Part shown: one piece after another, positions 54,300-64,000 of the stretch
Layout: each line of letters begins with the position of its first letter
Numbering within the stretch: position 1 is the first letter of the stretch
From: Felis catus
Taxonomy: Eukaryota
Direction of reading: 5' to 3'
NCBI RefSeq assembly: GCF_018350175.1
Contig: NC_058368.1
Location: 223,884,001 to 223,948,000 of the forward strand
DNA length: 64,000 bases
The notes under the pieces: generated by a model
Database searches by the model: none
Told to the model about the DNA's origin: nothing
Seen by the model: the letters and a program-made list of their open reading frames with translations, nothing else
Program-made: the position numbers and the translations under genes

Positions 54300-55300
54300 T
54301 GCTGATTTGTACTTCATTGAAGTAACAGAAACAATTAGAAGAAAATTTGTATATACTCTCACCATCAGAGCTACTAGCATTCTTGTATGTTTACCTTTCT
54401 TTTTTTTCTTCCCCCCCCCCATTTCAGTGCTTGGACTACCCATATCTTATCTAAAGTTACCCCCATTTGTCCACTGGATCCTGTCTCCTATTTAAGCAGC
54501 GATGCCCTTCCTGATTACCTGATATAATTAGCAAATGTATATACCATTTCGAATTATCCCCTCTGCATGTTTATAGCTTTTAAATCGTGATAATGTATAT
54601 TTAGAATGTGGAGTTGTTTATTTTTATCGAACCTTGTCTTCAGTTTACCATTCCATTAAAGTGTGGGCTCTAGGGTAGTGGGAGTTTTGTATTTTCATTG
54701 TTAAGGCTTCACTGTCTAGACCAGTTCCCAGCATCTAGTAGGCTCTTAATGTCTTTTTCAAGGTCATCACACAGAAATTGTTTGGTTTCTCCTTTACATC
54801 ATTATCATCATCCTCTCCAGTGATCACTGTCATCTGTACACATCCATGGTACACTAGAACTCATTTTAAGCAAAAAATACAGAACAAAACACATGAATTC
54901 CATATTATAGCTATTACCCCGTTTCTCAATCCATTTTTTAGCTAATCTTCTTTAAAAACTTTTTGTATGCTCTACAAATTATTTCCTTTCAAATATTGAA
55001 AGCTATTTTGTGTTTCTTTCATTGCTTCCACTCTTGTCCAAGAGACAATATTCTGTTACCTGGATTATTGTAATAAATTTGTAACTGGTCTCTGGCTTCC
55101 AAGCCTGGACACTCTTAAGTTCCAGATTAATCCTTTGAAAATAAAAATAAGTTATTCACTTGTTTGAAATCTTTGGATATTTTTTCCATTTTACTCATAG
55201 TAGGGTCATCAACGTCTCCTGAAGCCAAATGACATCTATCCCCCTGCTGGTTCACTGACTTCCTTTCTGGTCTTACTTTTCATGTCACGGCAAATACACA
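54300..55300 (+). mobile_element. L2 relic fragments
   Basis: cccagcatctagtaggctcttaat and cctggattattgtaataaatttgtaactggtctc; boundaries approximate. Confidence 0.55.
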
Positions 55301-56044
55301 GCCATCAATGTTGCCCCTCACAGTAGCTTGAGTTTCACGGCTGTCTGTTGTCAAGAAATCCCAATGCTTTAGTCTGTCAAATACATAATTGGTAGCATTA
55401 TTTTCCATAGGTCTTATGCTAGAGCAGGCACCATAATTTTTGTAAATTAACAGAAATTGGGGATACCATTCACATTGAGAAATTATTGTTGAACATGTCC
55501 TTTAAAAAACAAAACAAAACAAGCCCCAGACCTTTAATACCAATGATTTATTTTAAAGGTCATGAAAGGAAAACTAAAAAGTTGGAAAGGTGATCAATTT
55601 CTGTCAGTTTCTGAGGGAAATGAGAAATAATTTCTGCTACTTTGGCAGTAATGAGAATGATGTGGTCAGTTGGGTAGAGGTCATTCATTTTAAAAGGTTA
55701 ATTCAAAGAACTAGAGTGTTTCTAAAGGAAATTTATTTGCTAAGTGAGGAACAGCTAAATAACCTTTAAATAAATGAGAAGAAACCAAGATTTAAGGGAT
55801 TATTGCAATAGTATTTGAAAATACAAAGAGTAAATATTTTATCAGATCTACATATGATAACATGGAAACAAGTACAAAAAAAGATTGGAAGACAAATGCA
55901 GCTCAAAATTAGGAAATTTTTCTATTAATGGGACCCGTCTGACGCTGACATGACATCATAAGGAAATTGTTTTATTTTACTGATTGTATACTAGTATAGC
56001 TTAAACGACTATATGGCAAACTATTTTAAAAGTATTCAATAATT

Positions 56045-56254
56045 GGGGCACCTGGGTGGCTCAGTTGGTTAAGTGTCCAACTTTGGCTTGGTCATGATCT
56101 CATAGTTGGTGAGTTCGAACCCCACGTCGGGCTCTGTGCTGACAGCTTGGAACGTGGAGCCTGCTTCAGATTCTGTGTCTCCCTCTCTCTGCCCCTCCCC
56201 ACTCATGCTCTGTCTCTCTGTCTAAAATAAATAAAAAACATTAAAAAAATTTAA
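56045..56254 (+). mobile_element. Can-SINE
   Basis: TSD aaaagtattca(a/g)taat. Confidence 0.96.
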
Positions 56255-57540
56255 AAAAGTATTCAGTAATCAATTTAGTAGTCAGACTAGAACATCGCTA
56301 GGAATAATATCAAACTTGAAGTTATTTTATTTTTAGTATTACAAGTATCTTTATGCCTAAAGCATTTAGTGATGTGCCCTCATCCTTGCCTTGCTAAGCA
56401 CTCCTTATAAATCCTATTGAACAGGTTATCCTTTGAGATAATAAAACTACTGACTTCTTGAACTCCTATTTAATTAAGTTAACACAGCACAGTTTTAAAC
56501 GCATAGGCCAAATGAGTATCATCAAATAATGTTTAATAAGTACAATTTAAAGGGAAATAAAATGCAGGTGTTAATTATGCTAGCCTAAAGCAAGGTAGGC
56601 AATAATAATTATTTTTAAAGCTGGTAAATATTTAATAACATATTAGAACTGTAAGAGAAGTCGAACTCAAAACCAATCAAGCTTGTTCCATGTACATAAA
56701 CTAAATTTGCTTTATGGAGTAACTAAAGGAACTATGTACCCTTACTTGTTGGATGTTGCTTCTCCCTTTTTAATAATTGTCAGTAAATTCAATTATTTCG
56801 TTCGCATTGATGAATATATTTCTAGAGAGAGAAATACTTTGTACGTTTCAAGTTATATCAATAATAGTATCCTAATATTTGAGCTTTCCTAAGTCCTAAA
56901 ATCCTAAAGACACTTGCCAAACATAAAAAGATTATCTTTTTCTTTTCTATCTAGCTTTGGGATGGGAAAATGAACTTCTTCTTCTCAAGTAATTTTATCA
57001 AATGAATATTTTAGCATGAATAGCTTAAGTTTAATAACAATTTGGATTTAAATGAAGATATATGTTTTGAAGTGAAGTCCGGTGTCTCCATTTCACTTCT
57101 GAAAATGTCCTGTTGAGATAGATTGGGACTATGCCCAGTGATTTTAATTATTTAGCATCATTAACCACCCATAGTGGAGTCATACAATCTTATTTAAAAT
57201 ATAGACCAATCATTTATAGCTCTGTGGTCCTAAGTAAATTTCCATATCTAATGAGCTAAGGATCTTTATTTGTAAAATAAAAATAAAAACGGGATGTAAT
57301 TTTTCCATTTTACGCATATTGAAATATTATTGGGATTTCAATAAGAGCACAAGTAAAAAAGAAAAGCAATGTCTTTGAATTAATTTTGGCCAATTTCATA
57401 AACTTTATGGATTTTAAGTCTGTGTCTAAGAGTCCCTTTCTCTCCTGCAACTTCATTTGGATAATCTAGACCAGGATTCAGAAAACTGTGCAGAAAAGAC
57501 TTAGGCAACGCTGTCTGCGTTTGTAAATAAAACTTAATGG

Positions 57541-57756
57541 GGGGCGCCTGGGTGGCTCAGTCGGTTAAGCGTCCGACTTCGGCTCAGGTCACGATCTCAC
57601 GGTCCCTTGAGTTCGAGCCCCGTGTCAGGCTCTGGGCTGATGGCTCAGAGCCTGGAGCCTGCTTCCGATTCTGTGTCTCCCTCTCTCTCTGCCCCTCCCC
57701 CGTTCATGCTCTGTCTCTCTCTGTCTCAAAAATAAATAAATGTTAAAAAAAAAATT
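57541..57756 (+). mobile_element. Young felid Can-SINE, first of a tandem pair
   Basis: CpG-rich; outer TSD aaaacttaatgg at 57529 and 57976. Confidence 0.97.
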
Positions 57757-57975
57757 GGGGGCGCCAGGGTGGTGCAGTCGGTTAAGCGTCCGACTTCAGC
57801 CAGGTCACGATCTCACGGTCCCTTGAGTTCGAGCCCCGTGTCAGGCTCTGGGCTGATGGCTCAGAGTCTGGAGCCTGTTTCCAATTCTGTGTCTCCCTCT
57901 CTCTCTGCCCCTCCCCCGTTCATGCTCTGTCTCTCTCTGTCCCAAAAATAAATCAAACGTTGAAAAAAAAATTTA
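57757..57975 (+). mobile_element. Young felid Can-SINE, second of the tandem pair
   Basis: cttcagccagg and gtcccaaaa variants; sits in the tail of the first copy. Confidence 0.97.
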
Positions 57976-58013
57976 AAAACTTAATGGGACACAGAATTTC
58001 TCATATAACTGGG

Positions 58014-58015
<2 letters not shown>

Positions 58016-58058
<43 letters not shown>
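58016..58058. repeat. (CA)n microsatellite
   Basis: Read directly. Confidence 0.95.
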
Positions 58059-58060
<2 letters not shown>

Positions 58061-58927
58061 ACATTCTTTATTCACTCATCAGTCAATGGACATTTTGGCC
58101 CTCTCCATAGTTTGGCTATTGTTGATAGCACTGCTGTAAACACTGGGGTGCATATGGCCCTTCGAATCAGTGTTTTTGTATCCTTTGGATAAATACCTAG
58201 TGGCACCATTGCTGGGTCCTAGGGTAGCTCTATTGTTAACTTTCTGAAGAACCTTCAGGCTGTTTGCCAGAGTATCTGCACCAGTTTGCACTCCCACCAA
58301 CAGTGTAAAAGTGTTCCCCTTTCTCTACATCCTTACCAACATCTGTTGTTTCCTGAGTTGTTCATTTTAGCCATTCTGACAGGTGTGAGGTGTATCTTGT
58401 TTTGATTTGTATTTCCCTGAGGATGAGTGATATTGAGCATTTTTCCCCCATGTGTCTGTTAGCTATTTGGATGCCTTCTTTGGAGAAGAATGCAGAATTT
58501 TCAGAATGTCTTCTGCCCATGTCTTAACTGGGTCATTTGGTTTTTGGGTGTTGAATTTGATAAGTTATTTATAGGTTTTGGATGCTAGCTCTTCATCCAA
58601 TATGTCATTTGCAAATATCTCCTCCCATTCCATAGGTTGCATTTCTGTTTTGTTGATTGTTTCCTTCGCGGTGCAGAAAAGCTTTTTATCTTGATGAAAT
58701 CCCAATAGTTCATGTTTGCTTTTTTACCTTGTCTTCAGCTACATGTCTAGTAAAAAGTTGCTAAAGCCAGGGTCAAAGAGGTTGCTGCCTGTGTTCTCCT
58801 TTAGGAAAATGGTGGTTTTCTGTCTCACATTTAGGTCTGTCATACATTTTGAATTATTTTGTGTGTATGGTGTAGAAAGTGGTCCAGTTTCATTCTTCTG
58901 CATATTGCTGTTCGGTTTTCCTGACAC
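58059..58927 (-). mobile_element. Carnivore L1 ORF2 C-terminal fragment
   Basis: MTDLNVRQ...ENTGSNLFD remnant and reverse L1 3' motifs; no poly(A) tail. Confidence 0.93.
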
Positions 58928-59377
58928 AAACTAATGGAAAAACATCCCATACTGATGAATTGAAAGAACAAACATTGTTAAAATGTGTATAGTACCCAAA
59001 GCAATCTACACATTCAATGTAATCCCTATTAAGATAACACCAGCATTTTTCACAGAGGTACCAGAAAAGACCCTAAATAGCCAAGGTAATATTGAAAAAG
59101 AAAAGCAAAGCAGGAGGCATCACAATTCCAGACTTCAAGCTGTATTACAAAGTTGTAATCATCAAGACATATGGTACTGGCACAAAAATAGACACAGATC
59201 AATGGAACAGAATAGAAAACCCAGAAATGGACCCACAACCATATGATCGACTCTTCTTCAATAAAGCAGGAAAGAGTATCCAGTGTTAAAAAGACAGTCT
59301 TTTCAACAAATGGTGTTGAGAAAACTGGACATAGATATTCAGAAGAATGAAACTGGACCACTTTCTTACGCCACACA

Positions 59378-59424
<47 letters not shown>

Positions 59425-59722
59425 TCAAAATGGATGAAAGACCTAAATGTGAGACAGGAAACCTTCAAAATCCTAGAAGAGAATATAGGGAGCAACCTCT
59501 CTGACCTCAAAGATAGCAACTTCTCACTAGATACATCTCCGGAGGTAATGGAAACAAAACGAAAAATGAACTATTGGGACTTCATTACTATAAAAAGTTT
59601 CCACACAGAGAAGGAAATAACGAACAAAACTAAAAGGTAACCTAAGGAATGGGAGAACATATTTGCAAATGACATATTGGACAAAGGGCTAGTATCCAAA
59701 ATCTATAAAATCTTATCAAACT
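58923..59722 (+). mobile_element. Carnivore L1 ORF2 fragment in opposite orientation, containing (CA)n
   Basis: [24 protein letters not shown] and SKWMKDLNVR remnants. Confidence 0.94.
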
Positions 59723-61531
59723 ACTGTTGTTGCTATTAAAACTTGAAAGAGTTCAACAAATCAGTAGTCTAATTGATTGCACGTGTACAGTGTAGATCTG
59801 TGATTCTGTACGACTTAAACCATACATTTTTACAGCTTCCTCAGTTTCAAAATGTCTCTGAAATTTGGCTGTAATCAGCTGTCATCTGTTACCCCACTCA
59901 GCCTTCTTTCAGTGTTATTTTATGTTTATTCTATGGCAATTGATCCGTTTCAATTTTGGATCAAAAGAAGAATGAAGCTAGATTATCCTTTTGCAAACAG
60001 AGGAAACTATTTTCCTCCTTGGGAAGGGGGGGACCCTCTATGGCAGATGTGAAGAGCCTCAGGCTGGTACCTTTGTGCAGTATTCAACTTGCCTACATCG
60101 ATATAGTAATCCTGGATAACAGTTATTATTATTGTTATTGTTCTTATTATTATTAGCTTTACTCTTTTCCTCAAAATTTAACCAACTTGCTAAGGTGCCC
60201 ACATTTGTTTACATGTGGCGAAGAACAGTATCTCTTTATAATTATTCTACTTTCTTCTGTATCTATTATTGTAGCTCCATTCATATTATTATTTTGAATA
60301 ATTTAAACTTCATACTAGCACTTTTTAATTCATCTTGCTAATTCATTTTGTGTTTTTTTTTCAAAACTAAATATCTTGTTTTGTTTAGTTTTATATTTTA
60401 GTTTATTTTGTAATCAATTTAGTGACCTTATTTTTAATCTCTTTCTATTTAGGTGGTCTTTTTGTGTGTGTGTGGCTCTATTTCCTTTTTATCTTCATGC
60501 TTAGTTTCCTTTTGTTGAAAAAAATATTGTAGTTTCTTATTTTTTATATAATATTAGGAGTTGGTGTTATGAATCTTATTCTGAGCATCATTTTAACTAA
60601 ATCCTGTTGGCTCAATGCATAGTATTCAGATGTGTTATATTCTTAAAAGTGTTTTTGCTTTGATTGTTGCTTTCTTTGAGCATTAGTTATAAAGACTTTT
60701 ATTGATGAGTGTTGATTTCCAGGTGATATGATGTGTTCCTGTTATGAATTTCAAGTTTAATTGTTTACGATCAGACTGTGAAATTGTATATGAGAGAGCC
60801 GGGGTAGAAACCCTGTCTGTCGTCAGTAAGTGTCCAGATTTGCTGCCTTCTGCCTCTGCCAGAGAAGAGCACAGAGAATCTACCTCCAAAAGGTATCTTC
60901 CATGAGTCATCTCTACAAGACTCTTAAGTCAGTAGTACATGAGAGGGCTGCAGCTATGGGTAAAGTATTATATCATCACATATTTGTTGTTAGTGGAAGA
61001 GAAGAATCATTCTCACAGAAATATAGAAGATATATAAAAAGTTCTATAGGTTAGTCTAAGTTAATATCTTCTATAGAATTACCATTAGTGGCTTTGATCA
61101 GCTGTTTGTCCTTTGGAAGAATGTCAACATAGAAATATAATAGGAAAACAGATTGCACTTTTAAGTAAAGGCAAACTTAAGGATTGGAACCATATTAACT
61201 AATATCAATATGTATGTTACTCTATCCTTTTTAGAATTCCTTTTATTTCAATATTAAAGTCTCTATAACTTGTAGGTCTTACTTTAAAATAGTGGTTTTA
61301 CTGCAAGATATAGACAAAGGCTTGAATGAACTATGGTATGCAGTATTTTCCTAAGCAGACTTATTAGTGTTAAGGTATCATCCTTCCTCCCATATTCAAT
61401 GTATGCTTCAGAAAACGCAAACAAAATCCAAATTATACTTTTGTAAATTTGAGCTTAATATTTTAAGTAAAAACTTAAAAACAAAGAAAAAGACAAAATA
61501 ATATCCATATGGCATAAACCAAGTGATAATC

Positions 61532-61606
61532 TTTTTTTTGAATTATTTCATTTTTAGTTATTCATTTTGAAAGAGAGAGACAGAGCATGAACAGGGGAGG
61601 GGCCTG

Positions 61607-61648
<42 letters not shown>

Positions 61649-61690
61649 CAAACAGGCTTCACCCTATCAGTGCAGAGCTCTGATATGGAG
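61532..61690 (-). mobile_element. Can-SINE lacking its 5' part
   Basis: T tail, (GA)n, then attccaaacaggcttc...cagagc and an abrupt end. Confidence 0.88.
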
Positions 61691-61899
61691 AGAATATATG
61701 GAGAGAATATATAGACTAAACCATAAAAAGCCAGTTGTAAAATAATTAACCAAAAGCTATATGGTAGATAAGTATTTTTATGTAAAACCTAAATGAGAAG
61801 AAGTTAACGTTTCAATTAGAAGATACTTAAGATGATGTGATGCTCCTTAAGTTTTAGCTCAACATGTGGATACCTGCCACAGTCCATACTTTTTGCATT

Positions 61900-62215
61900 T
61901 CCTACTGCTGGTTGTAATAATATAACTAATCACTGGAGGATTAAAAGCAAACGGAAGTGATGTTTATGGGCCATGATCTGATAACATTTTCCATCTTCAC
62001 TTCCTTTTTCTTTCTTCCAAATGCCTGGGAAATAGGAGAAAATGGAAGTGTTTTGAGCTTCAAGGGGAAGCCATTTTGGAACAGGAACACCACCCCATCA
62101 ACCCTGGACAGTCTATTCACTTCTTATAAGAGAGAAAAATAAACTCTACCTTATTTAATCTCTGACATTTTGAAAACTCTTTATTATATCATCTTATGCT
62201 GAACCCCAGCAAATC
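61900..62215 (+). mobile_element. MLT1 (H/I/J-like) relic
   Basis: caaccctggac...agagagaaaaataaactctaccttatttaa 3' motif. Confidence 0.6.
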
Positions 62216-63322
62216 AAAATAATAGAACCCATGGGGACACAATTCTGAAACGTTGAGAAAAATTTCACCATTGGTGGAAAGGAATTGTATAATATACATA
62301 CAAAGCCTTAAAATGTTAATTCTCTTTGAGTCAGGAATTTTAGTTTTAAAAAGGAATGCAAAAAAAACCCAAACAAATAATCAAACAAAATTCTGTAAGT
62401 ACCCAAAGATGGTCGTGTATAATAGGAAAAATAAAACAAGACGTGTTCATCAGTAGAGGATTGGCTAAACACATTATGTGGCATTTGTTAAGGTGTGGTA
62501 GACAGCTGCTATTTCTGCCTTAATAGCCCCATTCTCCCTTCTGGTAGAAATCCTTTCCTCTGGGGATGCATTTTTCTGCCATTGAGCTCCAAACCTCCTG
62601 TTTCTAGAGTCTTTTGGAAATGTAAACATCTTACAAATTCCGTGGGAGCAAAGCTAGAGAATCACTGCTTAATTAGACTATAGAACACACATACTCTATT
62701 TTAAACTCTAAAACATATTTATTTTCTCACTAGGCTTTCAGGAAGACAACTATAAAAGCTAACACTCCTGCTGTATCTCAGGATTATTAGTTCAGACTTT
62801 CCTCCTTTCAGTAATTAAATAATTTAGTACGAACAATAGCAAACTGTAGTTTCTTTGGACAGGTAGTCTTTTGAATGCTATCTGAATGACCAGAGGGATC
62901 ATTTTGCTCCCTTTTCTACAGATTATTTTAAAATTTCCTATTCCAGAATGTGATACTATCAAAGGATAACAGGCATGTACTGAAAACAGATATACTCTTT
63001 TCCTTTTTGGGTGCTTTTTGTTTTCAACTTGGTGTCCAGCTAAAGAAACATTAAAAATAATAATAACCCTACTTCCATTTGTCCTAGTCTCAGAAGGCCA
63101 TTTTGTTTCTATGTTAAAAGGAGGCTCTCAGATTCCTTGATAACTTTAATTTTCACAGGATTTGAATTTTTAGTAAATACAGGTTATGCTACCTTACAAA
63201 CAATGGGGATAAATTAAACGATGGGACCTTGTAGAATTCTTACACTCAATTCACTGGAAGGTATTTTCAAGAGAAATGCAGGAAAAAGTTTTTGTAATCA
63301 TTTTATTTTTCAGTGCATCTTA

Positions 63323-63529
63323 AATTTTTTTTAATGTTTCTTTATTTCTGAGAGAGCGAGCGAGCATGAGCAGGGGAGGAGCAGAGAGAGGGAGACCCAG
63401 AATCCAAAGCAGGCTCCAGGCTCTGAGCTGTCAGCACAGAGCCCGACGCGGGGCTCGAACTCACGAACTGAGAGATCGTGACCTGAGCCAAAGTCGGATG
63501 CTCAACCCACTGAGCCGCCCAGGCGCCCC
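63323..63529 (-). mobile_element. Young felid Can-SINE
   Basis: Perfect 13-bp TSD tcagtgcatctta at 63310 and 63530; CpGs retained. Confidence 0.97.
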
Positions 63530-64000
63530 TCAGTGCATCTTATTTGATCAATGCATAAGGGCTTTTTTTGTTTGTTGTTTGTTCTTCACTTGAACACTTT
63601 TGGAATGGGAAAGTGTCTTAGAATGTATCACATTTTGTCATCTCTGTCAGCCATGAGGCATGCCATTTCCTGAGTACATACAGATGTGGTTATAACTGTT
63701 CAGGTTGTTGTCTTTACAATTAACTCATTTACATTGTTGGCATTACACATGTGGGATTAATTACCCATAAGTGTCTTCAAAAAGATTGCAGTAGAACTTA
63801 GAAATAAAACCAAAGTGACTTTTACGTAACCCTAGCAGGACACTAAAAGGGACGGTAATTGTATTGGAAACAAAGATGGCGGCATAAATTTGACATTATT
63901 AGAAAATACATGTTTGGTTGGGAGAAAGACTGCAATTCCTTATTTTATTACAAAGCGCAAATTGAGAGTTTTGTGGAACCCAGGAATGGAAAATACAGGG

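Noticed and set aside
57541..57630. tRNA gene (A and B box-like sequence)
   Set aside because: It is the tRNA-derived head of a Can-SINE, followed by the SINE body and tail.
59837..59875. Possible terminal exon LPQFQNVSEIWL* after tttttacag
   Set aside because: Too short, no upstream exons and no recognised homology.
1729..63593. The many 60-135 aa ORFs in the supplied track
   Set aside because: They map to SINEs (recurring VKRPTSAQVMIS peptides), microsatellites, L1 fragments or low-complexity DNA; none resembles a cellular protein I recognise.

Overview
This is 64 kb of AT-rich, repeat-dense mammalian non-coding DNA, intergenic or deep intronic. It is almost certainly from a felid, judged by the tRNA-derived Can-SINE subfamily motifs and a young cat-type L1 3'UTR. 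No intact protein-coding gene, RNA gene or CpG island is supportable. The only recognisable protein ORFs are broken L1 ORF1/ORF2 fragments. The window holds about 30 Can-SINEs (most with readable target-site duplications, TSDs), several carnivore L1 copies, older L1M, L2, MIR and MLT relics, several ERV LTRs, and microsatellites. The most notable structures are: (1) a 505-bp solo LTR with a perfect 6-bp TSD that looks class II (beta-like); (2) a ~5.6-kb 5'-inverted, twin-primed L1 nested in an older L1, with three copies of the target site around it and an adjacent SINE; (3) a second inverted L1 with an inverted duplication; (4) two likely gene-conversion signatures, one in a tandem SINE pair and one a stop codon shared by two L1s; (5) two TSD-flanked poly(A)-only insertions. 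I found no evidence of a new biological system. Repeat family names come from recalled consensus motifs and need Dfam/RepeatMasker confirmation.
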